DNA of 64,000 nucleotides from assembly GCA_031292375.1 (NCBI GenBank), contig JARLHF010000049.1:71821-135820 (forward strand). The letters are read 5' to 3'. The stretch comes from Chlamydiales bacterium (GTDB lineage Bacteria; Chlamydiota; Chlamydiia; Chlamydiales; VFKH01). A program made the translations under genes and the position numbers. The notes below the pieces were generated by a model, which was not told the DNA's origin, searched no databases, and saw only the letters and a list, made by a program, of their open reading frames with translations. Shown here in pieces: positions 41,738 to 50,541 of the stretch (positions within the stretch are counted from its first letter, which is position 1; every line of letters starts with the position of its first letter).

Positions 41738-44158
41738 ATGCGCCTAAACAAGACTTTCGTATCTACTTATTTTGGCATTACAATGCTAACTCTCACCAGC
41801 CTTTTTGGACAAGCAGCCCAAAATCCTGCAGCTAAGACCTTTACGCCATACGATAGCTCGACAGATGTGAATGCAAAACCTGTTGAAGTCACTCAAGCTT
41901 CCGTTACCAGCACAAGTAATGGCCCAAATGCTAATGGCCCAAATGCTAATGGCCCAAATGCTAAAGGTTACGTTATTAATTTTACTAACGTCGGCATTAT
42001 CGAATACATTCGCTTTATCAGCAGGATTTCTAACACAAATTTTTTATTTCAAGATAGTGACCTACAGTTTACTGTAACCATTGTTTCAGAAGAGCCTACA
42101 AGTGTTGATGACATCATGGCAGCCCTCATACAAATTTTGCGCATCCATGGCTTATCCCTTCTTGAGCAGGGTAACAACCTATTAATTTACAAAAATGCCG
42201 ATGTTGCAAAACTTGCAACTGTCGTCTCTGACCAGGGAGAAACATCCTCTTCTCCCATGATCACAAGGGTGATTCGAACAACTTATGTATCTCCAGAAAA
42301 AATCAAAGCGATTATTCTTCCCATGCTCTCTTCTCAGGCAGTTGTAGAAGTGTCTCCTGAAACAAGACACCTAATCATCACAGATCTTTCAGCTAATGTG
42401 GAAAAAGTGCTACAGCTTTTAAAAAGCCTAGACACTCCCAACACATCTATGGATGTTGTTACCTACTTTCCTCAAAGCGGCTCTTCTGCAGGGCTTTTAA
42501 GTATTGCTGAGAAAATTTTAACACCCATAGCGCTCTCTGAAAATACCACTATCACACTCGTACAGCAGCCCTCTACAAATACAATCTTTGTTGTGGGCAG
42601 CAATGACATGACGCACAGAGCTCTTAGCATATTACAATCTCTTGATCAACCAGGCACGGGTCTAGACATGCCCAATACTTCTGTGTCTGTTGCTACATAT
42701 AACGCTATAAATATGCCAGCATCCTCCCTTGTCTCTCTTGCAGAAAGAATCTTATCTCCTATAGCATCTGCAGAGGGCATACCTTTTCATTTAGTTCTAC
42801 AGCCCTCTACAAATGCTATTTTCGTCACATCTACCCCGGGCTTTAACAAGAGGACCATAGAGGTACTTACCATACTAGACCAGCCAGGAGCCTCCCCTGA
42901 AAGTATTGTATCAGATCTACCCCCAGACGATATTCAAAGGAAAAATTTCTTTCTCTACAAGTTACAATATCAAAATGGAGAAAAGATTCAAGATGCCCTG
43001 AATACAATTGGCCAATCTATGCGAGAAGATGACCAAACCAATTCAGATCTTGCAAATACAATCAACGATGTCACTTGGCTCTCAGAGACTAACTCATTAA
43101 TTTTTGTAGGTACTGAACTCTCTTTACAAAAAATTAGAGATGTCATTCGTGAAATCGATGTACCCTCTCGGCAAGTTTATGTCGAAGTCCTTGTGATCCG
43201 TACAAGTTTACAAAATTCTTTAAACTTTGGCGTACAACTAGGCGCTATTGTGCAAACTAAGAAAGGCTTTTCTATTGGAATAGGTGATTTTAATCCAGCA
43301 ACAACTCCGAGCGGCTTTTCCAATGCCTTCCAAGTACCTCCAACGATAGGAACAGCTGCAGTTCCTACTATCCCTATGATAGGCGGATTTAATTTAGGCT
43401 CTATCGGTAACTTCATTACGCATAATGGTAACGTTTTTGGCACTCTTGGTGCACTTGTCACCGCATTACAGCTTGAAAGTGACACTAAAATTATCTTGAA
43501 TCCAAAAATCATTGTAGAAGATAACAGAAAAGCACAAGTGTTTGTTGGAACAAACTCTCCATTCACAACAACCAACGTACAAATTCAAGCAGCTAATAAC
43601 AGCACAGGTTTTACCGTAGACTACCGAGATACAGGCGTTCTTTTGCAAGTAACCCCGCTTTTAGGTCTTAGCAACATGGTAACACTTGAAATCCACCAAG
43701 AGATCAACGAGATTGACCCAACTAGCAATTTATTCATTTCAGGATTCCCTGTACCTACAACTAACAAAATCCTTACAACAACACGTGTTCATGTCCCAAG
43801 TGGCTACTTCATCGTTCTTAGTGGTATGATTCAAAATACTAAGACCTATGTCCGCTCAGGTATTCCTTGTCTTGGCTGTTTGCCTGTTATTGGATCTGCC
43901 TTCAGCCAGCAAGCTCAATCCTGTGTCAAAGACAACATCATCATCTTCTTGAATCCTCGCATCATTGACACCCCTTGCCAAATTGCTCGCTTGACAGATG
44001 CAGAAGGTGTAGATTTCTATGAAAACTCAATGCCAGATAGCTGCTTCCCTGAAGGACAGTGCTGTCGTTACTATAATGAAGCATTTGGCAACAGCTCTTT
44101 CTTGCCATGCCCTCCAGAGGGACCCATGATGTACTGCCCACCCATGCAACAAAGATAA
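41738..44158 (+). CDS. cdsC: T3SS outer-membrane secretin SctC (CdsC)
   Basis: Start at the ATG at 41738 gives the signal peptide MRLNKTFVSTYFGITMLTLTSLFGQAAQ. The N-domains are duplicated (LKSLDTPNTSMDVVTY... and LQSLDQPGTGLDMPNTSVSVATY...). The secretin core reads SRQVYVEVLVIRTS...GVLLQVTPLL...GIPCLGCLPVIGSAF. Confidence 0.9.
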   Translation: MRLNKTFVSTYFGITMLTLTSLFGQAAQNPAAKTFTPYDSSTDVNAKPVEVTQASVTSTSNGPNANGPNANGPNAKGYVINFTNVGIIEYIRFISRISNTNFLFQDSDLQFTVTIVSEEPTSVDDIMAALIQILRIHGLSLLEQGNNLLIYKNADVAKLATVVSDQGETSSSPMITRVIRTTYVSPEKIKAIILPMLSSQAVVEVSPETRHLIITDLSANVEKVLQLLKSLDTPNTSMDVVTYFPQSGSSAGLLSIAEKILTPIALSENTTITLVQQPSTNTIFVVGSNDMTHRALSILQSLDQPGTGLDMPNTSVSVATYNAINMPASSLVSLAERILSPIASAEGIPFHLVLQPSTNAIFVTSTPGFNKRTIEVLTILDQPGASPESIVSDLPPDDIQRKNFFLYKLQYQNGEKIQDALNTIGQSMREDDQTNSDLANTINDVTWLSETNSLIFVGTELSLQKIRDVIREIDVPSRQVYVEVLVIRTSLQNSLNFGVQLGAIVQTKKGFSIGIGDFNPATTPSGFSNAFQVPPTIGTAAVPTIPMIGGFNLGSIGNFITHNGNVFGTLGALVTALQLESDTKIILNPKIIVEDNRKAQVFVGTNSPFTTTNVQIQAANNSTGFTVDYRDTGVLLQVTPLLGLSNMVTLEIHQEINEIDPTSNLFISGFPVPTTNKILTTTRVHVPSGYFIVLSGMIQNTKTYVRSGIPCLGCLPVIGSAFSQQAQSCVKDNIIIFLNPRIIDTPCQIARLTDAEGVDFYENSMPDSCFPEGQCCRYYNEAFGNSSFLPCPPEGPMMYCPPMQQR
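41918..41962 (+). repeat. Perfect 15-bp x3 tandem repeat (aatggcccaaatgct) encoding (NGPNA)3 in the secretin N-terminus
   Basis: Read directly from the sequence. Confidence 0.95.
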
Positions 44159-44165
44159 TCTTGAA

Positions 44166-45107
44166 GTGCGCAAAAGTATTTTAATCGTTCTTGCAATTGC
44201 CTTTATATCCTCTTGTACAATTCCAAAGGTGCCCTTCTACCCACACGTTTCTTATACGCCACCTGCAAGCTGTTTAAAGCATACCCCCGCTCCTTTCTGC
44301 CCCCTCTCTGCACAAGAACAGAGCACAGACTTTGCAAAAGAAATGAAGATCGCCTTGGTCTTTGCAGAAGAGCGTGATTTCTACCGAGCAATTACAGGCT
44401 TTAAAAGAGCTCTCATCTTGCTACCACAAGATAATCTGTATAGAAAATTGGAACTTGAATATGATATCGTACTCTCCTACTACCTTGCAGAGAAATATGA
44501 TGATGCACTCACAGCTTTTGAAAATAGCTGTCTAAAGTCTCATATTTCAGCAACATTTCCAGCCCTACATGACCTTCTTGTAATACTCTATGACAGCTGC
44601 AAAAAAAGCTGTGATTCAGAAAAATCTGCTTCCATTCTGTGTTGGATAGAAAAAATCTATCCTCAAACTGCATGTAGACTAAAAATTGCTGAAGCCGTTG
44701 AAACAGGCCATCTCAAAGAAGCAGGATCTCTTCCTGGAGCACCCCCATATTTTTGCAATCTCTATAACTGCTACACAAAAGACCTCAAATCTAAAAGGGC
44801 TGCAGAGACCCTCAACGCTATTCTTCCAGGAGCAGGCTACTGGTATGTTGGACAAAAAAATACAGCCATTACAGCCATTATTGTCAATGCTCTCTTCATT
44901 GCAGCCGCCTATCAATTTTTTCATCGAGGCTATAATGCAGCTGGCATCATTACAGCCAGCTTAGAAGGTGGATGGTATATGGGCGGTATCTATGGTGGTG
45001 GAAGAGCTGCTGCAGAGTATAATGAACATAAATATGAAGAATATGGAAAAAAAGCACTTGATGAATCAGGCCTATATCCTGTCCTCATGCTCAACTACAT
45101 CTTTTAA
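44166..45107 (+). CDS. Lipoprotein with TPR-like repeats and a C-terminal TM2-type membrane domain
   Basis: GTG start 7 nt after the sctC stop. The lipobox is LAIAFISSC. TPR-like helices include ALVFAEERDFYRAITGFKRALILLP and LSYYLAEKYDDALTAFENS. The C-terminal part reads LPGAGYWYVGQKNTAITAIIVNALFIAAAYQFF. Confidence 0.65.
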   Translation: MRKSILIVLAIAFISSCTIPKVPFYPHVSYTPPASCLKHTPAPFCPLSAQEQSTDFAKEMKIALVFAEERDFYRAITGFKRALILLPQDNLYRKLELEYDIVLSYYLAEKYDDALTAFENSCLKSHISATFPALHDLLVILYDSCKKSCDSEKSASILCWIEKIYPQTACRLKIAEAVETGHLKEAGSLPGAPPYFCNLYNCYTKDLKSKRAAETLNAILPGAGYWYVGQKNTAITAIIVNALFIAAAYQFFHRGYNAAGIITASLEGGWYMGGIYGGGRAAAEYNEHKYEEYGKKALDESGLYPVLMLNYIF

Positions 45108-45110
45108 AAA

Positions 45111-45524
45111 ATGAAAACACATCTCCTAATAATATTACTGCTACAAACATCTATTTTTGCAAATCCTTGCTTTATAGAGCCTTGGGGAAAGGATGCCTCT
45201 CTTGTACATCCCGCAAAAAAGCCATGCTGTAAACCCAACTTCCCACTTACATCCCTTGGAGAAGCCCTCATTCGCTTTCATCAAAACGTCATCTCTCCAA
45301 TAGATGGCCCAAGAAGCCACTATAGACCAAGCAGCTCTCAATATGCCATGGACGCAATCAGAACATATGGATTTTTTCCTGGAATTGCTCTTGGATGCGA
45401 TAGGCTCCTAAGAGAAAATAGTGATCCTTGGATCTACGACAAAGTCCCCTTTGATGGAACGACTTTAAAATGGGATCCAGTTGAGGGGACAAGATCTTGG
45501 TTCAAAGACTCATCTTCTCCGTGA
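45111..45524 (+). CDS. YidD-like (membrane protein insertion efficiency factor family) protein, cysteine-less, with an N-terminal signal-like sequence
   Basis: 137 aa. LIRFHQNVISPIDGPRSHYRPSSSQYAMDAIRTYGFFPGIALGCDRLLRE aligns with the YidD pattern LIR.YQ..ISP..GP.CRF.P.CS.Y...A....G...G..L...R..RC. The conserved Cys positions are replaced by Ser or Glu. Confidence 0.6.
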   Translation: MKTHLLIILLLQTSIFANPCFIEPWGKDASLVHPAKKPCCKPNFPLTSLGEALIRFHQNVISPIDGPRSHYRPSSSQYAMDAIRTYGFFPGIALGCDRLLRENSDPWIYDKVPFDGTTLKWDPVEGTRSWFKDSSSP

Positions 45525-47302
45525 AGACGAGACAAAGCCTCTGCCCATAACATCGCTTTTTGCGTTGCATGCGCAGGATGCTTTTCCTCATAAAAAAATA
45601 GATTTTCAGAACCAAGTTTGCTTGCAAGACCAGAATCACAAAATACTTGCCACACTTGCCTAGATATTCCACTTGCCACAAGATGCCTTCCTGTACGGTG
45701 CAAGTAATCATATAAATGCTGCAACACAACACAAGCTGTTGCATCCACATGGTATGCATTCGTCATATGCAAAACAACTACTTTAACATGCGCATCTTCT
45801 GCAATCGATTTAACAGTTGTTTGCAAAAGGTCTGCTGCTGCAAAAAAGAGTTCTCCTTCCACTTGTAAAACACGAATTTCTTTATTTACAGAAGGCTCGC
45901 TTGCAATCAGGACAGAAAGCTCTCCAGATTTATCTACAGCGCATTCCACAAAGCGCGGTGTCGATGCTTTTTTAAGATATAGGACTATCGATAAGATCAC
46001 GCCCATATAAAATGCAATTTCCAGGTTAAAAAGTACGCATGCAAGCACAGTTACCACTAAGACAACACAATCAGAAGCTGTTGCTTTAATACACAATTTA
46101 AGTTCAGACACATTAATCATGCGCACTGCAGAAACAAGTAAGATCGCAGCTAGTGCAGAAAGAGGAATATTTGCAACAATGGGCTGAAAAACATAGAAAA
46201 TTGCTCCAACAAATACACCACTAAGAACTGCAGCAATGCGTGTTTTTGCACCAAAACTATAATTTAAAGAGCTTCTAGCAAAGCTTCCAGAACAAGGCAT
46301 CGAACCCAAACAAGAAACTAAGATATTACTTACGCCCATAGCCAGTATTTCTTGGTTCATAGAAAGTACTTGACCCGTATGTGCTGCAATAGTTTTGGCA
46401 ATAGTTGTAGCTTCTAATATTCCAAGTAAAGCAATCGCAAAAGCTATTGGCAAAAGAGTATTCATGATGCGTGCATCAAAAAAAGGCATAGAAATCGTTG
46501 GAAATATTGAGTCGATCTCGCCAAAGTCTTTTACAAGAACTACATGGGCAAATGAATTAGTGCTATCGATACTGTTGACAAGTAAGACTGCAGAACTTGC
46601 AATGGCTAGCATAATGACAGCAACAGGTATACGTTTACTTAGGCGAGAGCCTAATAAAAGAAAGATGATACTACCAAGGCCAAGAAGCACCGTTGGCAAA
46701 TGCGCTTGTTGAATATGCAAAACAAGGTATTCTAATTTTTCATAGATACCAGATGGATGCTCTTGGGTTGACATGCCAACAAAGTAATAAAACTGGCTTA
46801 CAACGATGGCAAGAGCTGCTCCTACAACATAGCCAATAACAACAGAGCGGCTGACAAATTGCGTCAACCTACCCAATTTGAAAACACCAGCAAGAAGTTG
46901 TAAAATCCCAACAACAAGAGTTAATTGTATCATGATGTTTAGAGCTAAATTACTTCGCTCAACAGGACCTACATCTCGATAATAGGTATAAAGAATTTCT
47001 GCAATACCTGCTTGAATTAGAATAGCTATTGTATTTGTAGGACCCACAACCAAGTGCCGAGAGGATCCAAAAGCTGCAGCAAAAATGGCACCAAAAATTG
47101 TAGCAAAAACACCTACTATAGGGGGCAAGCCAGCTGCAAGCGCATAGGCCATAGAAAGTGGAACAGATAGGAGCGCAACACCAAGAGCTGCAAATACATC
47201 TGCTCGAAGCATATCGAGCCTATAATTTCCAAACCCTCTCCATAAAACTGATAGAGATATCTCATCATGACTATGTTTCATTATTATGCATCCATTTCGC
47301 AC
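45434..47302 (-). CDS. SulP-family anion permease with a C-terminal STAS domain
   Basis: 622 aa (the start could instead be M8 at 47281). It contains RADVFAALGVALLSVPLSMAYALAAGLPPIVGVF and multiple TM segments. The STAS domain reads IRVLQVEGELFFAAADLL...VVVLHMTNAYHVDATACVVL. Confidence 0.88.
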   Translation of the reverse strand: MRNGCIIMKHSHDEISLSVLWRGFGNYRLDMLRADVFAALGVALLSVPLSMAYALAAGLPPIVGVFATIFGAIFAAAFGSSRHLVVGPTNTIAILIQAGIAEILYTYYRDVGPVERSNLALNIMIQLTLVVGILQLLAGVFKLGRLTQFVSRSVVIGYVVGAALAIVVSQFYYFVGMSTQEHPSGIYEKLEYLVLHIQQAHLPTVLLGLGSIIFLLLGSRLSKRIPVAVIMLAIASSAVLLVNSIDSTNSFAHVVLVKDFGEIDSIFPTISMPFFDARIMNTLLPIAFAIALLGILEATTIAKTIAAHTGQVLSMNQEILAMGVSNILVSCLGSMPCSGSFARSSLNYSFGAKTRIAAVLSGVFVGAIFYVFQPIVANIPLSALAAILLVSAVRMINVSELKLCIKATASDCVVLVVTVLACVLFNLEIAFYMGVILSIVLYLKKASTPRFVECAVDKSGELSVLIASEPSVNKEIRVLQVEGELFFAAADLLQTTVKSIAEDAHVKVVVLHMTNAYHVDATACVVLQHLYDYLHRTGRHLVASGISRQVWQVFCDSGLASKLGSENLFFYEEKHPAHATQKAMLWAEALSRLHGEDESLNQDLVPSTGSHFKVVPSKGTLS

Positions 47303-47407
47303 TATGATAATATCTTTCTATTCTTTCAAACAAGATAATTTTAAAAAATAATCATTCATTTTTATCTTATATTGAAGTAAACTCATACCTTCTATTTGGA
47401 GAAGTTT

Positions 47408-48850
47408 ATGACTAGGTTACTAAAAGTGGCGCTTGTTGGCAGACCTAATGTGGGAAAATCCGCACTGTTTAACCGCATATGTAAAAAAAAGATTGCTATT
47501 GTTGACGAAGCAGAGGGAATTACAAGAGATCGACTCTACACATCAGCGGATTTTTTTGGCATGCCCTTTACCCTCATTGACACAGGTGGAATCGATGCAA
47601 AGAGCAAGGCGGAATTTAACGAGGAAGTAAAGCAACAAGCTGAAATTGCCATTGAAGAAGCTGATGTTTTAATCATGATTGTAGATGCACAAATAGGAAA
47701 CACAGCACTCGATAAAGAAGTTGCCGAAATTCTTTTACGCACACAGAAACCTCTCTATCTTGCGATTAATAAAGTGGATGATGCATGCCATGAATCCTCT
47801 ATGCATGAATTTTATTCCCTAGGCATTAAAAAAATGATTGGCGTTTCTGCAACACAAGGCCGAAACATTGCTGAACTGTTAGAAGCAGCTTTTTCCACGT
47901 TTCCAAAAGATTCTTTTGAGGAAATACAAGATAGTTCCATAAAAATTGCTATTATTGGACGCCCAAACGTGGGTAAATCCACCCTTGTTAATTTTCTCTT
48001 AGGAGATAATCATCGCTGCATCGTAAGTCCTATTGCAGGAACTACAAGAGATAGCATCGATGTAAAACTTATTCATGACGACACAGAATATACCCTTATT
48101 GATACTGCAGGCATTCGAAGAAAGCAAAAAGAACATGAAGTTGTCGACAAATTTGCCTTCATTCGAACAGAAAGAGCTATCGAAAGGGCAGATGTATGCC
48201 TGTTTCTACTCGATGCAACGCAAGGCATGACAGCACAAGAAAAGCACATAGCCAAAATGGTAGAAGAGAAGGGTAAAGGATGCGTTCTTTTCTTTAACAA
48301 GTGGGACCTTGTCAAAGGCTTTCGCATGGAACACTGTTTACAAGGTATTCAGCAAGAGGCTGCATTTTTAAGCCATTGTCCAACTGTTTTTGGCTCTGCA
48401 AATACAGGCAGGAATGTCTTCAAGCTACTCTCTTTAGCAAAAGAGGTCTATGAAGCGGGTAAAGAACGCATTAATACTCCCAAGCTTAATAAGTTTATCG
48501 AACTTACTCTACAAAAAAACCATCCACCTATGCTGCAAGGAAAGCGCCTTCGTATCTATTACATGGTGCAAGTTGACACACAGCCCCCCACCTTTGTGCT
48601 CTTTCTTAACTATGCAAACTTGATGCTAGACTCTTACAAAAAGTTTCTTCTCAACCAATTTAGGCTCTCCTTTAACTTCAAAGGGAATCCTATTGTTTTT
48701 CACCTAAAAAATAAAGTAAGAAAAGAGACAAGAGAGCCTCTCAACGAACATCCTCGAAGAGAAACCACGTTTGAATACACCTCCGAAGACCTTGGAGATG
48801 AATTTGAATATGATGAAGAACCCATTCATGATCTTGAATACGAGTCTTAA
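47408..48850 (+). CDS. der: Ribosome-associated GTPase Der/EngA (double GTPase)
   Basis: The ATG at 47408 has GGAG 8 nt upstream (the track uses TTG at 47396). There are two G-domains (GRPNVGKSALFN...DTGG...NKVD and GRPNVGKSTLVN...DTAG...NKWD) plus a KH-like domain and an acidic tail. Confidence 0.93.
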   Translation: MTRLLKVALVGRPNVGKSALFNRICKKKIAIVDEAEGITRDRLYTSADFFGMPFTLIDTGGIDAKSKAEFNEEVKQQAEIAIEEADVLIMIVDAQIGNTALDKEVAEILLRTQKPLYLAINKVDDACHESSMHEFYSLGIKKMIGVSATQGRNIAELLEAAFSTFPKDSFEEIQDSSIKIAIIGRPNVGKSTLVNFLLGDNHRCIVSPIAGTTRDSIDVKLIHDDTEYTLIDTAGIRRKQKEHEVVDKFAFIRTERAIERADVCLFLLDATQGMTAQEKHIAKMVEEKGKGCVLFFNKWDLVKGFRMEHCLQGIQQEAAFLSHCPTVFGSANTGRNVFKLLSLAKEVYEAGKERINTPKLNKFIELTLQKNHPPMLQGKRLRIYYMVQVDTQPPTFVLFLNYANLMLDSYKKFLLNQFRLSFNFKGNPIVFHLKNKVRKETREPLNEHPRRETTFEYTSEDLGDEFEYDEEPIHDLEYES

Positions 48851-50379
48851 GGCTTGGGTTCCCACAAAGTTCCACTCCATTGATGCTTTGAATCCCCTTC
48901 ATAGATTGTCCTATCTTCTCTGTTTACAAAACTAGAAGATACTGCATTTGTAAGGTTGTATTTAAGAAAGGATCGCATCCTATCCTCATCATCAGGACGA
49001 AACCTTCTTACCATAACATTAATATTTGAATCAGCCATTATAAATAAAAACGGAACTCCTTGAAAATCTCTTTCTACATCTCTTGCTATCGCCATTTCAT
49101 TAGAAACAGCAATAGGAGAGCGTATAAAGATAAGCATATCGGCCTTTTTGCCTTCTAACACTTTCTTTATCTTAACCTTCATCACATCAGTCTCTACACG
49201 AAAGTCTATATAAAACATCAAAACTCTCTTTTCCAAAGCATCTGTTTTGCCATTTAACTCTTCAATAGCACCTACAGGCAACAACGTATCCAAACTTAGT
49301 CGATACCGACCTTTTTCGGTTGAAGTAGAGAATGCTTGCAACATGTCTACAGCTGCTGGATATTCGCTAACTTCAGGGAAAAATAATGTACACTTGTTTT
49401 TTTCAGGATTTACCATAACAGCAGGAGCAATCGGTATAGATGGCGCACTTGAAGTTGTTGCTATGCCTGCAGCACTCTTGTTTTTCACAGACTCCTGTAT
49501 CATAAATCTATCAAAAGCTTGTTTCTGATCTAATACTTCACCATACTTTTCTTGTACTATCCCTATATGAGTTGTAGATTCCATTTTCTGCAATGCTTCT
49601 ACTGCATTTATTAACCCAGTAATTACTGTTCTTACTGTTTTTTCAAACTCTTCATTTTGAAGTTTTCTCTTTAAGTTACATGTTTGCATATCATTAATGC
49701 ACTTAATAGCAGTACTCAATGCATCTGTTCTTGAATTTTGACCTCTATTAAGTGTGTTGTCTATTTTTTGATTAGCTTTCTCTAGTGCAGCTTCTAACTC
49801 TCTATTAAGTAATACCCTACTCTCTTCAAACCGCGTATCAACCACATTAACTGGCGGTTCAGGTAGCAGCAAAGGCTTAGGAAAAATAAAAGGCTGAACT
49901 GACAGCACTGGAGGTACTGGAGGTTTAGAAGTAACAAAAGGCAAAGGAAATGGTTGAGTCGATACTGGAAGTACCGGAGGCTTAGATATAGGTACTAGAA
50001 GTTTGGGAGGAGACACTGAAGGCCTGGAATGGGGCAGGATTACTTGAGAAACATGAGATACACTAGAGGTAGTCGGCCGTGCAACTGGTGACAATGCCGT
50101 GGGCTCTGTAACAACTACCGATGCGCTAACCAAACGTACAAGTGGTTTTGCAGGTGCAGCAGCACTAGTAGTAAGCTTTATAGGCGGAAGCGGTGCAGAT
50201 ACCACAGGCCCTGAGCTCTTAAAAATATAAGCAACTATTCGCATGATAGCGGCCCAAAGTTCCTTTAAAAAAGATACGAAACGTGTACAGCTCTTCTCAT
50301 TTGAAGAGTCTTGTACCGTTGATTCTGGCAATGAAGATTTTAAAGGTACAATAGTACTATTTCTAACCGAAGTTACCAT
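48847..50379 (-). CDS. Hypothetical protein with a Pro/Val/Ser-rich repeat region
   Basis: 510 aa. The imperfect tandem repeat is KPPVLPVSTQPFPLPFVTS / KPPVPPVLSVQPFIFPKPL (~49860-49990). No signal peptide and no family recognised. Confidence 0.55.
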   Translation of the reverse strand: MVTSVRNSTIVPLKSSLPESTVQDSSNEKSCTRFVSFLKELWAAIMRIVAYIFKSSGPVVSAPLPPIKLTTSAAAPAKPLVRLVSASVVVTEPTALSPVARPTTSSVSHVSQVILPHSRPSVSPPKLLVPISKPPVLPVSTQPFPLPFVTSKPPVPPVLSVQPFIFPKPLLLPEPPVNVVDTRFEESRVLLNRELEAALEKANQKIDNTLNRGQNSRTDALSTAIKCINDMQTCNLKRKLQNEEFEKTVRTVITGLINAVEALQKMESTTHIGIVQEKYGEVLDQKQAFDRFMIQESVKNKSAAGIATTSSAPSIPIAPAVMVNPEKNKCTLFFPEVSEYPAAVDMLQAFSTSTEKGRYRLSLDTLLPVGAIEELNGKTDALEKRVLMFYIDFRVETDVMKVKIKKVLEGKKADMLIFIRSPIAVSNEMAIARDVERDFQGVPFLFIMADSNINVMVRRFRPDDEDRMRSFLKYNLTNAVSSSFVNREDRTIYEGDSKHQWSGTLWEPKP

Positions 50380-50541
50380 AAGTAACCATCTTTTTTTAAA
50401 TTAATAATTACAAGAAAGCGTAAACTACTAGTATTAAGAATACATAAACCTTCCCCCTGATTTTTTCGACACATTCCTATTTTGTGGACAAGGTCACTTT
50501 ATACACACAAACAAATTCAAAATAAGGCTACTCTTATTAAC

